From: Mixta sp. Marseille-Q2659
Lineage (GTDB): Bacteria; Pseudomonadota; Gammaproteobacteria; Enterobacterales; Enterobacteriaceae
Length of the DNA stretch: 32,000 nucleotides
Direction: 5' to 3'
Assembly: GCF_940807255.1 (NCBI RefSeq)
Contig: NZ_CALNWY010000006.1
Location: 57,139 to 89,138 of the forward strand
In this document: one piece after another, positions 8,133 to 19,083 of the stretch
How the letters are laid out: every line of letters begins with the position of its first letter
Position numbering within the stretch: position 1 is the first letter of the stretch
Notes under the pieces: generated by a model
The model's database searches: none
The model's input: only the letters and a program-made list of their open reading frames with translations
Told to the model about the DNA's origin: nothing
Program-made: the position numbers and the translations under genes

Positions 8133-9497
8133 TTAATAATCCTCACATCTTTCCGGCGTTGCCGACGTTAAGGCCCTGCCCCGACGCGCCCGAATTAAAC
8201 CGGCGCTGTCCAGCAGCCAGAACAGCAGCTTAGCGAGCAGTACGCAGGCGCCGAAAATTAAACAGAAAAAAACCACGCGGCTGACAAATGCATCCAGCCC
8301 TTCACGCGCCAGCACAATCATGTTGAACACCGCGCCAAAACAGAAGCTTTGTAAAATGGCGGACTTATAGCGGTTCGAATGCTGTTTGCCGCGTTCATAG
8401 ATCCAGTCAAACCATTTAATAATCAGCCCAACCGCTACCGCACCAAGCGGTATAAAGGCTGCGCCACCCATTACCACCAGCGATCCCAGTAAGGTAGGCG
8501 AAATCGCCAGCCCTGAATGATTATCCAGCACTTCCCAGGTGAAGTAGTTCGCGCTATTCAACACCAGCGAAGGGCGACCGGGCCACAGCCAGCTGGGAAT
8601 GAAAACATAAAAATCCCGGACAATCGGTGCCAGTCCCTGGAAGTGAATGTTGTCGTAGTTTTGCAGCAGCAACGCCAGATTTTCCCAGGGCGAAAAAGTA
8701 TCGCGCGTCAGATAAAGAAAGGTGTAAATCGCCTCTGCGCCGCTGACGTCCAGGTTATAGCGCCGTAGCGCCAGCCAGAACATCCCGACGATCCCAAACG
8801 CACCGGCCGCCGCCAGCATCCACAGCGTGATCCAGCCGCGAATAATGCCGATAAACAGAAACAGGGCAAAGGCGATAATAATATTGGCGCGCGTGCCGCC
8901 GACGATAGCGTAGGTCAGCAAGCCAAAGCCTACGGTGCTGGCAAGGAAAAAAAGCCAGGCACGTCGTCCTGGTTTCAGGAAATAGACCACCAACATCGCC
9001 GGAATAAAGAAGTAGAAGAAGCGTTTAAGCGCTACGCCGGATACCTCGCTGGAAAAAATATCCCGATAGGCATGCAGGCGGAACAGCAGGAAGCCGTTAT
9101 GGAGAAAGAAGATCGCCACGGTAACCAGCGCCAGCAGCGCCAGAATGCCCCAGATCAGATGCGCCTCAACCCTGTTCACCGTAAACAGGCCGCGTTCGTT
9201 ATCTGGTCGACGCGCCCGCAGACGCGTTTTATAGCTCACATAATAGATAGCGTAAAAGCTGCTGGCGGCGAGCAGCGCTTCCAGCAGGTATTCTGGCGGC
9301 ACCACGGCGACATCAAAGCGGAAAACCAGCAGGCAGGTCAACGGGAAGCCGAAATAGAAGGTCAGTAAAAATAGCAGCGAGAAAAAGACGTTGAAGTTAA
9401 AGCGCACCCGGCGGAACTCGCGCCACGTCAGCGTCAGAATAAAGCCCAGCGACACCAGCCAGACCAGCAGCAGGCCGCCAAACTGTGCAAGGCTCAT
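8133..9497 (-). CDS. wzyE: ECA polysaccharide polymerase
   Basis: 454-aa polytopic membrane [12 protein letters not shown]...[30 protein letters not shown] matches E. coli WzyE almost colinearly. Confidence 0.93.
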   Translation of the reverse strand: MSLAQFGGLLLVWLVSLGFILTLTWREFRRVRFNFNVFFSLLFLLTFYFGFPLTCLLVFRFDVAVVPPEYLLEALLAASSFYAIYYVSYKTRLRARRPDNERGLFTVNRVEAHLIWGILALLALVTVAIFFLHNGFLLFRLHAYRDIFSSEVSGVALKRFFYFFIPAMLVVYFLKPGRRAWLFFLASTVGFGLLTYAIVGGTRANIIIAFALFLFIGIIRGWITLWMLAAAGAFGIVGMFWLALRRYNLDVSGAEAIYTFLYLTRDTFSPWENLALLLQNYDNIHFQGLAPIVRDFYVFIPSWLWPGRPSLVLNSANYFTWEVLDNHSGLAISPTLLGSLVVMGGAAFIPLGAVAVGLIIKWFDWIYERGKQHSNRYKSAILQSFCFGAVFNMIVLAREGLDAFVSRVVFFCLIFGACVLLAKLLFWLLDSAGLIRARRGRALTSATPERCEDY

Positions 9498-10567
9498 AGC
9501 GATTCTCCTTCAGCCAGCGTTAACGCCTGTTGCCAGCCGCTGACAAAAGCGGGATCAAAAAAGGCGATACGGCTTTTATCCATGCTGGTCAGCTGCCGAC
9601 GCGCCCGGTCCACTATCTCCAGGCTCATCGCATCATTATCAAACAGCACCGGCAACTGCTGCTCCGCCATATCCTGCCAGAACGGATTCTTCCGGTTTAG
9701 CACCACCGGGACATTAGCCTGCATCAACAGGCAAAGCGTGCCGATACCCTGCTGACGCTCAAAAACAAAATAGCCTAAATCGCAGTCGGCGAGCAGTTGC
9801 AGATAATCATCAAACGCCATTTTATCAGTCAGCAGTACGGCCTGGCCGTTGGGAAACAGGCTTTGCGCCGCAGCACTCACCTGGCTGACGTAAGCCTGAT
9901 TATTTTCCGGGTAGCCGAGCGGCACCATGATTTTGATATTTTCACCAAACTGCTGGCGGATAGCCTGCAGCGCAGGAAGGTGGCGGTTGCTGGGATCGCC
10001 GGAGTTGCCCAACAGCAGCGTAAAGGTTTTATCCTGCCGCTGGCGTTCCGGCATCGACTGCTGCATACGCGTCGGAAAATAGAGCAGCGAAGCAGGCACA
10101 TTCCGATGCCGCTGTTGATAATGGCTAATATCGCCGCGGGTGGCGAAAAGATGCGCTACTCGTCCCTGCGCCAGGCGACGCAACTGATAAAACAGGCGGA
10201 ACTTCAGGCTGCGCGACTCTTCATACAGGTCGGCGCCCCAGACGTGCCAGTAAACCTGCGTGCGCCGCAGGCCGCCATTCAGCAACGCCAGCCACAGCCA
10301 GGGGTTAAACTGCCCATGCAGGAAGAAACGGGTTTGCCGATCGCGCGCGTGCGCCAGCACGGCCTGCGCCAGCGCTTTTTTGCTGGCGAAGCGTTGCACC
10401 TGCAAAGCAGGCCAGGCTGCCGGGAGCGTCTCATCCTGACTGACGACCATAAAGGTACGCGGCGTATGGCTCGGCTGCACGACGCTCATCACGTCATTAA
10501 AAAAGCGCAGAACCGTCTGGTTATGATGCGGAATATCCGAACCCAGTACATGAATCAATGTCGTCAT
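9494..10567 (-). CDS. wecF: TDP-N-acetylfucosamine:lipid II N-acetylfucosaminyltransferase
   Basis: The homolog N-terminus [25 protein letters not shown] begins at ATG 10567, in an ATGA overlap with the wzxE stop. The track ORF is extended 10 codons to 10597. The 3' end forms an ATGA overlap with the wzyE start (9494..9497). Confidence 0.92.
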   Translation of the reverse strand: MTTLIHVLGSDIPHHNQTVLRFFNDVMSVVQPSHTPRTFMVVSQDETLPAAWPALQVQRFASKKALAQAVLAHARDRQTRFFLHGQFNPWLWLALLNGGLRRTQVYWHVWGADLYEESRSLKFRLFYQLRRLAQGRVAHLFATRGDISHYQQRHRNVPASLLYFPTRMQQSMPERQRQDKTFTLLLGNSGDPSNRHLPALQAIRQQFGENIKIMVPLGYPENNQAYVSQVSAAAQSLFPNGQAVLLTDKMAFDDYLQLLADCDLGYFVFERQQGIGTLCLLMQANVPVVLNRKNPFWQDMAEQQLPVLFDNDAMSLEIVDRARRQLTSMDKSRIAFFDPAFVSGWQQALTLAEGESL

Positions 10568-11814
10568 ACTCTTCGGCGATAGATCAAAAAGGCGCATAAA
10601 CAGAGCGCAAAATAGACAATATAGGTAGCCATATACGCCTGCGCCGCGCCGGTGGCGCCTGAAAGCGGAATTAACCAGCGGGAGAAAGCGGTGAGCAATA
10701 TAAACTGGCTAAGCTCGGCGGCAATATAAAAACGCAGTGAAGCTTTCGCAATCACCAAATAACCGAAAACGTAGGCGCCTACTTTCAGCACGTCACCCAC
10801 CAGCTGCCAGATAAACAGATCGCGCATACCCTCGAAGCGGCTGGAAAACAGCAGCCAGATCGCCACATCGCGCAGCAACCAGACGCAAAAGCCCACCGCA
10901 GCCACCGCAGGCAAAACAAAGCGCAGCGTGCGGAAGATTTCACGTGAGATTTCCGTTTTTGAATTCAGGCGCGACAGCGTCGGCAACAGCCAGACGCTAA
11001 AGGTGGCTGTAATAAACTGTAGCCAGGCGTCGGAAATGGTCGTCACGCCCTGCCACAGCCCAACTTCTTCCCAGCTGTAGCGTGCCGCCAGCAGGTTACG
11101 CATCATCATCCAGGCGACAGGCAAGGTCGCGGAGGTGATTAACGCCATCAGAGTAAACTTCGCCAGTTGGCGGGCCAGCTCGCCCTGCCAGCGCGGCAAC
11201 AGTGCGCGCAGCGGTAAATGATCGCGCTTTATCAGCAACAGCAGTGCCGGGATGGCAATCAGCGCCGGAACCAGCGCCAGCCCAACCAGCGCCCCGCTGT
11301 AGCCGCCCAGCCAGTAACAGATAACATAGCCGATGACGCCGATTACGCTGCCCACCATCAACGACAGCGCATTGCCCATCGCATCGCGAAAACCTTTCAT
11401 GATCGCCAACGCCAGATTGGCCCAGGCAATGCCCATCTGTAAAAAGGCAACGATGCGAATAACCTGCTGATAGCGATCGTGACCAAATAACGCCTGGCTG
11501 ATGGGCGCTGCCGCCAACAGAAAAACGATTGCCATCAGCGTGGAGAAGCCCAGCACCATAGCGGAGGCGGTACCGGTCACAGCGGCTAACTGCGCAGGCT
11601 GCTGTTGATACTGCGCGATATATTTGGTCACGCCGTTAAAAATGCCGGCGCCCGCCAGCACGCCCAGTACGGTAATCAGCTGACGAAAGTTGCCGGCCTG
11701 TCCAACGCCTTCCGGGCCAAAGCTGACGGCCAGCAGCTTGACCACCAATAAACCGGCCACAATTTTTACCAGCGTAGACGCCGCCGTCCACACCGAAGCT
11801 TTAGCTAATGACAT
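10564..11814 (-). CDS. wzxE: ECA lipid III flippase
   Basis: 416 aa. MSLAKASVWTAASTLVKI...FGPEGVGQAGNFRQLITVLGVLAGAGIFNGVTKY has the same length as, and strong similarity to, E. coli WzxE. Confidence 0.93.
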   Translation of the reverse strand: MSLAKASVWTAASTLVKIVAGLLVVKLLAVSFGPEGVGQAGNFRQLITVLGVLAGAGIFNGVTKYIAQYQQQPAQLAAVTGTASAMVLGFSTLMAIVFLLAAAPISQALFGHDRYQQVIRIVAFLQMGIAWANLALAIMKGFRDAMGNALSLMVGSVIGVIGYVICYWLGGYSGALVGLALVPALIAIPALLLLIKRDHLPLRALLPRWQGELARQLAKFTLMALITSATLPVAWMMMRNLLAARYSWEEVGLWQGVTTISDAWLQFITATFSVWLLPTLSRLNSKTEISREIFRTLRFVLPAVAAVGFCVWLLRDVAIWLLFSSRFEGMRDLFIWQLVGDVLKVGAYVFGYLVIAKASLRFYIAAELSQFILLTAFSRWLIPLSGATGAAQAYMATYIVYFALCLCAFLIYRRRV

Positions 11815-11815
11815 A

Positions 11816-12946
11816 TCAGGAGAAGAAGCTCAGCAGAGAGTTGATAACGGTGCTTTGGTTATTCTCTGACAGGTTATAGAACAGCGGCAGGCGCAGCAGG
11901 CGCTCACTTTCGATGGTGGTATAACGATCTTCGCCATCAAAACGGCCAAACTGCTCGCCTGCCGGTGAGCTGTGCAGCGGAATGTAATGGAAAACCGCCA
12001 GAATTTCGGCCTCTTTCAGCCAGTTGATCAGCGCAGCCCGATCGTCCTGGTCGCGCAGCTTGATATAAAACATGTGCGCATTGTGCTGACAGTGCGGCGG
12101 AACGGATGGCAGCGCAATGCGACCGCTGGCGGCAATCGGCTGTAAGGCATCGTAATAACGCTGCCACAGATGCAGGCGCTGCTGGTTAATGCGTGTCGCC
12201 GCCTCCAACTGTGCCCATAAATAGGCCGCCTGCAAATCGGACATCAGGTAGCTGGAGCCAATATCGCGCCAGGTATATTTATCCACCTGGCCGCGGAAAA
12301 ACTGGCTGCGGTTAGTGCCTTTTTCGCGAATGATCTCCGCACGTTCCACCAGCGCGCCATCATTAATCAGCGTCGCGCCGCCCTCGCCGCCAGCGGTGTA
12401 GTTTTTGGTTTCATGAAAGCTGAAGCAGCCAATATGTCCAATACTGCCCAGCGCGCGGCCTTTATAGGTGGACATTACGCCCTGCGCTGCATCTTCAACG
12501 ACATAGAGCTTATACTTTTCCGCCAGCGCCATAATCACATCCATTTCGCAGGCCACGCCCGCATAATGAACCGGCACGATAGCGCGCGTTTTTTCAGTGA
12601 TCGCCGCTTCGATACGGGTTTCATCAATGTTCAGCGTATCGGGACGCACATCAACAAAGACAATTTTTGCGCCGCGCAGTACAAACGCATTAGCGGTAGA
12701 AACAAAGGTATAGCTCGGCATAATCACTTCATCGCCGGGCTGAATATCGATCAGCAACGCCGCCATCTCCAGCGAGGCGGTGCAGGAAGGCGTCAGCAGG
12801 ACCTTTTTGCTGCCGAAACGCTGCTCCATCCACTGCTGGCAGCGACGCGTAAAACCGCCGTCGCCGCACAGCTTGCCGCTGTTCATCGCCGACTGCATAT
12901 ATTCAACTTCGGTTCCCACCACCGGTGGCGCATTAAATGGAATCAT
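11816..12946 (-). CDS. wecE: dTDP-4-amino-4,6-dideoxygalactose transaminase
   Basis: The homolog N-terminus MIPFNAPPVVGTEVEYMQSAMNSGKLCGDGGFTRRCQQW starts at ATG 12946, giving 376 aa as in E. coli. The track ORF is extended 15 codons into wecD. DegT/DnrJ/EryC1-type aminotransferase. Confidence 0.95.
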   Translation of the reverse strand: MIPFNAPPVVGTEVEYMQSAMNSGKLCGDGGFTRRCQQWMEQRFGSKKVLLTPSCTASLEMAALLIDIQPGDEVIMPSYTFVSTANAFVLRGAKIVFVDVRPDTLNIDETRIEAAITEKTRAIVPVHYAGVACEMDVIMALAEKYKLYVVEDAAQGVMSTYKGRALGSIGHIGCFSFHETKNYTAGGEGGATLINDGALVERAEIIREKGTNRSQFFRGQVDKYTWRDIGSSYLMSDLQAAYLWAQLEAATRINQQRLHLWQRYYDALQPIAASGRIALPSVPPHCQHNAHMFYIKLRDQDDRAALINWLKEAEILAVFHYIPLHSSPAGEQFGRFDGEDRYTTIESERLLRLPLFYNLSENNQSTVINSLLSFFS

Positions 12947-12950
12947 GACG

Positions 12951-13643
12951 TTACCTGTATAGCCAGTAGGCGGTGCTGTTGATGGTGGCACCGCAACGAA
13001 GATAGAGCCGCATCGCGGCCAGGTTGCTGAGCTGAGTGGCCACGCGTAGCTGGCTCAGTCGTCGCGCGCGACACCAGTCCTGCGCCGCCAGCATCAGCCG
13101 CGTGCCGATACCCTGGCCCTGCGCCGTCGGTAGCGTAGCGAGCAGGCCGATACGCGCTTCGCCCACACCCAGTTCGCGCAGAGAGACAAAGCCCTGTAGC
13201 TTGCCCTGCTCATCATGAGCAATCAGACATTGATTATCGAAAGCGCCCAGTACCGCATTTTCGATCCACTGCGCGTAAAAACGCGCGCTGTCGTGCGACT
13301 GATACCAGGGCGCGCGGAATCGGCTGTAAGCAAAAGCGGCGCCTGCAGCGGACCGCAGCGCCGGAATATGCTCCGGGCGCGCAATGCGAATGCCCGACTG
13401 CCGCTCGCCTGTGGCAACCGCCAGCTGCAGATCCGCTTCGCCTTCTACCAGACGAAAGCCGATTTGCTGTAGCGCATCCAGCTGTGCTGCCTGCTGGCTA
13501 TCGACTTTCGCCTGCACCAGGTCGAAATCGTCGAGCCGCGCTACATCGAGCGCAGCCGCATCATCCCATACCAGCTGGGCGCTATTTTTTTGAAAAAAAT
13601 CATTTTCCCAGTCGAGGGGTTTAATACTGGCGTGGACGCGCAT
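12951..13643 (-). CDS. wecD: dTDP-fucosamine acetyltransferase (GNAT family)
   Basis: The homolog N-terminus [17 protein letters not shown] aligns with E. coli MPVRASIEPLTWENAFF and starts at ATG 13643. The C-terminus ...STAYWLYR is conserved. The track ORF (to 13796) is a spurious extension through the rffH 3' end. Confidence 0.88.
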   Translation of the reverse strand: MRVHASIKPLDWENDFFQKNSAQLVWDDAAALDVARLDDFDLVQAKVDSQQAAQLDALQQIGFRLVEGEADLQLAVATGERQSGIRIARPEHIPALRSAAGAAFAYSRFRAPWYQSHDSARFYAQWIENAVLGAFDNQCLIAHDEQGKLQGFVSLRELGVGEARIGLLATLPTAQGQGIGTRLMLAAQDWCRARRLSQLRVATQLSNLAAMRLYLRCGATINSTAYWLYR

Positions 13644-14502
13644 GAAGAATATCCAAAAGATATTGGCCGTAGCCGGTTTTTTGCAGCGCCTGCGCCGCGC
13701 GCCGCAGGCCGTCATCGTCGAGCCAGCCGTTGCGCCAGGCGATCTCTTCCAGACAGGCAATTTTAAAACCCTGCCGTTTTTCGACCGTCTGCACAAAGGT
13801 GCTGGCCTCGATCAGGCTGTCATGAGTGCCGGTATCAAGCCAGGCAAAACCGCGGCCCAGCAGCTCGACATTGAGTTCGCCCTGTTCCAGGTAACGCTGG
13901 TTAATAGAAGTAATCTCCAGTTCGCCGCGCGCCGAAGGCTTCACCTGACGAGCAAACTCCACCACCTGGCTGTCATAAAAGTAGAGGCCGGTTATTGCCC
14001 AGTTGGATTTTGGCTTGGTCGGTTTTTCTTCCAGCGAAATCGCCCGGAAATCGTCATCGAACTCCACCACGCCAAAGCGCTCCGGGTCCATAACCTGATA
14101 ACCGAATACCGTTGCGCCCTGTTGACGTGCCGCAACTTTCCTGAGCTTTGGACTAAAGCCCTGGCCGAACCAGATATTATCACCCAGCGCCAGGCAGCTT
14201 GGTTCGCCATTCAGAAAGGTTTCACCAATAATAAAGGCCTGCGCCAGTCCATCCGGGCTGGGCTGGGCAGCGTATTCCAGCGTAATGCCGAACTCACTGC
14301 CGTTGCCTAGCAGCCGTTGGAAATGCGGCATATCATCCGGCGTGGTAATAATCAGGATTTCGCGGATGCCTGCCAGCATTAATACCGACAGGGGATAGTA
14401 AATCATTGGCTTATCATAGATGGGCAACAGCTGCTTCGATATGCCCCGCGTAATAGGGTGCAGCCGCGTGCCGGATCCACCGGCCAGGATAATACCTTTC
14501 AT
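13621..14502 (-). CDS. rffH: glucose-1-phosphate thymidylyltransferase
   Basis: [55 protein letters not shown] starts at ATG 14502, giving 293 aa as in E. coli RffH. The track ORF is extended 25 codons. Confidence 0.95.
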   Translation of the reverse strand: MKGIILAGGSGTRLHPITRGISKQLLPIYDKPMIYYPLSVLMLAGIREILIITTPDDMPHFQRLLGNGSEFGITLEYAAQPSPDGLAQAFIIGETFLNGEPSCLALGDNIWFGQGFSPKLRKVAARQQGATVFGYQVMDPERFGVVEFDDDFRAISLEEKPTKPKSNWAITGLYFYDSQVVEFARQVKPSARGELEITSINQRYLEQGELNVELLGRGFAWLDTGTHDSLIEASTFVQTVEKRQGFKIACLEEIAWRNGWLDDDGLRRAAQALQKTGYGQYLLDILHARPRQY

Positions 14503-14513
14503 CGTTATCTGCC

Positions 14514-15584
14514 TCAGTGTGAGGAAAGCCCAAGCCGCTCGCCCTGATAGCTGCCGTCGAGAATGCTGCGCCACCAACTCTCATTCTCTAAATACCACTG
14601 CACCGTTTTTCGCAGGCCGCTTTCGAAGGTTTCCTGCGGACGCCAGCCCAGCTCTCGCTCGATTTTACCGGCGTCGATGGCGTAACGCATATCGTGGCCG
14701 GGACGATCGGTGACAAAGGTAATCAGGTCGCGAAAACGCGTAACGCCTTCAGGTTTCGCCGCCACCAGTTCGTCCAGCAGATCGCAAAGGGTTTCCACGA
14801 CATCGATATTGCGCTGCTCGTTATGGCCGCCGATGTTATAGGTTTCTCCGGCTTTGCCTTCGGTAACGACGGTAACCAGCGCGCGCGCATGATCTTCAAC
14901 ATAGAGCCAGTCGCGGATCTGTCCGCCGTTGCCATATACCGGCAGCGGTTTGCCCGCCAGCGCGTTGATGATCATCAGCGGAATAAGTTTTTCCGGGAAA
15001 TGGTACGGACCGTAGTTATTGGAGCAGTTGGTAACGATAACCGGCAGTCCGTAGGTGCGCATCCAGGCACGTACCAGATGGTCGCTGCTGGCTTTGCTGG
15101 CGGAATAAGGACTGCTGGGGGCGTAAGGCGTGGTTTCGGTGAAGAAATCGTCGCTGCCATGCAGATCGCCAAACACTTCATCAGTAGAAATATGGTGGAA
15201 AATAAACGCTGACTGACGCTCGACTGGCAGGCTGCGCCAGTAATGTCGTGCCGCTTCCAGCATCTGCCAGGTGCCGACAATATTGGTTTCGATAAATGGC
15301 CAGGAGCTGTCGATGGAGCGGTCAACATGGCTTTCCGCCGCCAGGTGCATAATGCAGTCCGGCTGGTACTGCGCCATCAGCCGATCCAGCGCGGCGCGAT
15401 CGCAAATATCAACCTGTTCAAAAGCAAAGCGATCGCTGTCGGCAACCGGCGCCAGCGAGGAAAGATTACCGGCGTAGGTCAGCTTATCGACCACAACAAC
15501 CCGATGTTCCGTCTGTTGAATAAGGTGACGTACCACCGCCGAACCGATAAAGCCCGCGCCGCCGGTAACCAGAAATTGCTTCAT
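14514..15584 (-). CDS. rffG: dTDP-glucose 4,6-dehydratase
   Basis: [20 protein letters not shown]... with the SDR Rossmann motif and [15 protein letters not shown] catalytic block. Start chosen at ATG 15584, which forms an ATGA overlap with the wecC stop and has AAGGAG 7 nt upstream. ATG 15590 (two codons upstream) is the alternative. Confidence 0.95.
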   Translation of the reverse strand: MKQFLVTGGAGFIGSAVVRHLIQQTEHRVVVVDKLTYAGNLSSLAPVADSDRFAFEQVDICDRAALDRLMAQYQPDCIMHLAAESHVDRSIDSSWPFIETNIVGTWQMLEAARHYWRSLPVERQSAFIFHHISTDEVFGDLHGSDDFFTETTPYAPSSPYSASKASSDHLVRAWMRTYGLPVIVTNCSNNYGPYHFPEKLIPLMIINALAGKPLPVYGNGGQIRDWLYVEDHARALVTVVTEGKAGETYNIGGHNEQRNIDVVETLCDLLDELVAAKPEGVTRFRDLITFVTDRPGHDMRYAIDAGKIERELGWRPQETFESGLRKTVQWYLENESWWRSILDGSYQGERLGLSSH

Positions 15585-16840
15585 CGCCATACTCCTTTGG
15601 TATCTACAACCCAGCGCTGCGCGACCCGATCGCCGCTTACGGCTTTGAACGCATGATGATCAACCAGCATCACCAGCACATCAGCCTGCTGTAGCGCCTG
15701 CTCCTGTGAAACCAGCGTAGCTTCATGCGCCAGCTTTGCCGGAATGGCGTCTACGTTTGGCTCAACCACCCAGGTCGTGCCAGCGTGCCAGCCCGCCACC
15801 AGATGCGCCACTTCCATTGCCGGACTTTCTCTCAGGTCGTCAATATTGGGCTTAAACGCCAGACCAAAACAGGCGATAGTCAACTCGCTGGCGCGCTTGC
15901 CGGTCGCGGTCAAACAGTCGGCAACCGCCGCTTTTACCTGTTCCAGTACCCAGTGCGGCTTGGCGTCATTCACTTCGCGCGCGGTGCGGATCAGGCGCGC
16001 CAGTTCAGGATTCTGCGCCACAATAAACCAGGGATCGACCGCAATGCAGTGACCGCCAACGCCCGGGCCCGGCTGGAGAATATTGACGCGCGGATGACGG
16101 TTGGCCAGCGTAATCAGTTCCCACACGTTAATGCCCTGTTCAGCGCAGATTAGCGAGAGTTCATTAGCAAACGCGATATTGACGTCACGGAAGCTGTTTT
16201 CGGTGAGCTTGCACATTTCAGCGGTGCGGGCGTTTGTTACTACGCATTCGCCTTCAAGGAAGATGCGATACAGCTCGCAGGCACGTTCGGAACAGGCTGG
16301 CGTCATGCCGCCAATTACGCGATCGTTTTTTATCAACTCTACCATCACCTGACCTGGCAATACGCGCTCAGGACAATAGGCGATATGAATGTCGGGATTC
16401 TCCGCCTGCGGCGGAAACGCGAGATCGGGACGTGCTTCAGCCAGCCACTGCGCCATCTGCTCTGTGGCGCCCACCGGCGAGGTGGATTCCAGAATTACCA
16501 GGTCGCCCTTTTTCAGCACCGGCGCCAACGACAGCGCGGCCGCCTGCACATAGCTCATATCGGGCTGGTGATCGCCTTTAAACGGCGTCGGCACCGCAAT
16601 CAGAAAGGCATCGGCTGCGACCGGCTGTGTGGCGGCGCGCAGAAAACCGTCCTGAACCGCCTGCTTGACGACCGTGTCCAGGTCCGGCTCAACGATATGA
16701 ATTTCGCCGCGGTTGATGGCCTCTACCGCGCGCGCGTTAATATCAATGCCAACGACGTTTTGCCTGCGTGAAGCAAATGCCGCCGCGGTAGGCAGGCCAA
16801 TATAGCCCAGGCCGATAACCGAAATAGTGTTAAAGCTCAT
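15581..16840 (-). CDS. wecC: UDP-N-acetyl-D-mannosamine dehydrogenase
   Basis: 419 aa. [25 protein letters not shown]...TKGVWR is colinear with E. coli WecC. Confidence 0.96.
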   Translation of the reverse strand: MSFNTISVIGLGYIGLPTAAAFASRRQNVVGIDINARAVEAINRGEIHIVEPDLDTVVKQAVQDGFLRAATQPVAADAFLIAVPTPFKGDHQPDMSYVQAAALSLAPVLKKGDLVILESTSPVGATEQMAQWLAEARPDLAFPPQAENPDIHIAYCPERVLPGQVMVELIKNDRVIGGMTPACSERACELYRIFLEGECVVTNARTAEMCKLTENSFRDVNIAFANELSLICAEQGINVWELITLANRHPRVNILQPGPGVGGHCIAVDPWFIVAQNPELARLIRTAREVNDAKPHWVLEQVKAAVADCLTATGKRASELTIACFGLAFKPNIDDLRESPAMEVAHLVAGWHAGTTWVVEPNVDAIPAKLAHEATLVSQEQALQQADVLVMLVDHHAFKAVSGDRVAQRWVVDTKGVWR

Positions 16841-17967
16841 AGGGTTACTCTGTGATTTTTTAGCGCCTGCAGAATGCGCGCGCAGGCATGGCCATCGCCA
16901 TACGGATTATGCGCGCGGCTCATCGCCTGCCAGGCTTCTTCATTAGTTAGCAGATGGGTGACTTCCGCCACGATTTTCTGTTCATCGGTTCCCACTAAAC
17001 GTACCGTTCCGGCTGCAACCGCTTCTGGTCGCTCAGTGGTTTCGCGCATCACCAGTACCGGTTTGCCGAGCGAAGGCGCTTCTTCCTGGATGCCGCCGGA
17101 GTCGGTAAGAATCAGCCACGCCCGGTGCATCAGCCAGACAAAGGGCAGATATTCCTGCGGCTCAATCAGAATAATATTGTCGATGCCGCTCAAAATACGG
17201 TTCACCGGCTCGCTCACGTTAGGATTCAGGTGAACCGGATAAACGATTTGTATATCAGGATGCTGGCGCGCCAGCGTTGCCAGCGCGCTACAAATACGCT
17301 CGAAGCCATCGCCAAAGCTTTCACGACGGTGTCCCGTGACCAGGATCAGCTTTTTCGTCTCATCAAGAAACGGATAGCGCGCCGCCAGGCTGTCATAGTG
17401 CTGGCGATCGGAAAGGATGCGGTCGCGCACCCAATACAGCGCGTCGATAACCGTATTGCCAGTCACGAATATCTGGCCGTCCGGCAGATTTTCGCGCAGC
17501 AGGTTTTGCCGGGAATTTTCGGTGGGCGTGAAATGCCAGGTGGCCAAATGGCCGGTCAGCTTACGGTTCGCCTCTTCCGGCCAGGGCGAATAGAGATCGC
17601 CGGTACGTAATCCCGCTTCAACGTGGCCTACCGGAATACGATGATAAAAAGCGGCCAGACTGGTCGCCAGCGTAGTCGTGGTATCACCATGCACCAAAAC
17701 CACATCGGGACGAAAATCGGCAAATACGCCTTTCAGCCCTTCCAGAATACGGCTGGTAATCTCCGTCAGCCCCTGCTCCGGGCGCATGATATTCAGGTCG
17801 TAATCAGGCTGCAGCGTAAACAGACGCAGAACCTGATCGAGCATCTCGCGATGCTGGGCCGTCACACACAGGCGGACATCAAATGCGGCGTCGTTCGCCA
17901 GCGCATGAACCAGCGGCGCCATTTTGATAGCTTCCGGCCTCGTGCCAAAAACGGTAAGTACTTTCAC
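16837..17967 (-). CDS. wecB: UDP-N-acetylglucosamine 2-epimerase
   Basis: 376 aa with a GTG start (17967). (M)[23 protein letters not shown]... is colinear with E. coli WecB. ATGA overlap with the wecC start. Confidence 0.96.
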   Translation of the reverse strand: MKVLTVFGTRPEAIKMAPLVHALANDAAFDVRLCVTAQHREMLDQVLRLFTLQPDYDLNIMRPEQGLTEITSRILEGLKGVFADFRPDVVLVHGDTTTTLATSLAAFYHRIPVGHVEAGLRTGDLYSPWPEEANRKLTGHLATWHFTPTENSRQNLLRENLPDGQIFVTGNTVIDALYWVRDRILSDRQHYDSLAARYPFLDETKKLILVTGHRRESFGDGFERICSALATLARQHPDIQIVYPVHLNPNVSEPVNRILSGIDNIILIEPQEYLPFVWLMHRAWLILTDSGGIQEEAPSLGKPVLVMRETTERPEAVAAGTVRLVGTDEQKIVAEVTHLLTNEEAWQAMSRAHNPYGDGHACARILQALKNHRVTL

Positions 17968-18024
17968 TGTTTTTCTCTTCGTTCGTTAGCCGTGTCAGTC
18001 ACAGCGACACCTGCAACGCGCGTA

Positions 18025-19056
18025 TCAGGCACGAGGACGGCGAATGAGCGCGACGCCTGCGCCAACCAGCGCGCCAATGGCGCCCCACATAATCATCACA
18101 AACGTCCGGCGCGGACTATCGCGCTTGACCGGCTCTTCCGGGGTACGCAAATAGCGATAGGTCTGGAACTTCTGATCAAGCGTGGGACCGACATTTAACG
18201 TATCCAGCATGGCCCGATTTTGATCATAGTCCAGATCGTAAGTCGGCCCATTGGCTTCCAGGTTTTCCAGCCGGGCCTGCAGCATCGGCCGGCCAAGCAG
18301 GAACAGCTCAGAGTCAGGCAGCTGTTCCGACGGCGTGCTGGTTTTCACCTGGTCGATGCCCTGCTGTTGCGCAATCTTCAGCGCCTGTTCGACGCTGTGC
18401 CGCTGGCGCTGATAAACCGCATTGGCGACGGTTTCCTGCCGCTTAACCTGTGCCTTCATCTGAACGGTGCGCGCCGCCCAGGCAGCGGTCAGCTCCTGGT
18501 TTAAATGGCGGGCCGCGCGTTCGCTGGCGAAAGCCACGTACTGCCGCAGTAGGTTATTGGCATCCGCTGCGGTTTCCGCGACCAGCCTGACGCTGTCGCT
18601 CTGGTTCTTGGCATTATCCGCTGGGGTAAACTGAATATTGCTGACCATTTCGTCCAGCAAGGCCGCGTCTTTGCGCACGTTGCCGCTTTTACGATGTTTG
18701 TAGTAGTCAGTTTGCAGCCAGAATTCGCGACGCGTATCCCATGAAGATAGCTGCATAATAAATTCTTGATAAGCATCGTCCATCACCGAAGGCTGCGGCA
18801 CCGCCAGCGCCGCGCCGCCGTTGCGCACGTCAAGGTTGCGTAAGAACTGCTGCTGCGAGTAATAGCTACCAATCATATTCACGGTAGGACGATCGGTTAC
18901 CGCCGTCGTACTCCACTCCTGCTTAACCAGCAGCGACCACACCCAGGCCAGCAGCATGCCCAGCAGCGCCAGAGCAATAATCCAGCGTTTACCGCGCCAC
19001 AGCGTACAAAACAGGCCGCGAATATCCAGTTCGTTATCCACGAAGTCAGAGGTCAT
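18025..19056 (-). CDS. wzzE: ECA polysaccharide chain-length modulation protein
   Basis: NELDIRGLF...TDRPTVNM..GSYYSQQQFLRNLDV...RYLRTPEEPVKRDSPRR matches E. coli WzzE. The start is ambiguous. ATG 19056 has AGGA 10 nt upstream. TTG 19077 (the track ORF start) would give the same N-terminal length as E. coli. Confidence 0.88.
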   Translation of the reverse strand: MTSDFVDNELDIRGLFCTLWRGKRWIIALALLGMLLAWVWSLLVKQEWSTTAVTDRPTVNMIGSYYSQQQFLRNLDVRNGGAALAVPQPSVMDDAYQEFIMQLSSWDTRREFWLQTDYYKHRKSGNVRKDAALLDEMVSNIQFTPADNAKNQSDSVRLVAETAADANNLLRQYVAFASERAARHLNQELTAAWAARTVQMKAQVKRQETVANAVYQRQRHSVEQALKIAQQQGIDQVKTSTPSEQLPDSELFLLGRPMLQARLENLEANGPTYDLDYDQNRAMLDTLNVGPTLDQKFQTYRYLRTPEEPVKRDSPRRTFVMIMWGAIGALVGAGVALIRRPRA

Positions 19057-19083
19057 AGGTAGGGTATCCTTTTCCAAAGGGCA

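Noticed and set aside
12951-13796. Long ORF-track versions of wecD (281 aa), rffH (318 aa, to 14577), wecE (391 aa, to 12991), wecF (367 aa, to 10597), gppA (518 aa, from 23731) and hemX (from TTG 3362)
   Set aside because: The extra N-terminal residues are out-of-frame read-through of the upstream gene, with Arg/Ala-rich junk sequences. The conserved homolog N-termini begin at internal ATGs that have SDs or ATGA coupling.
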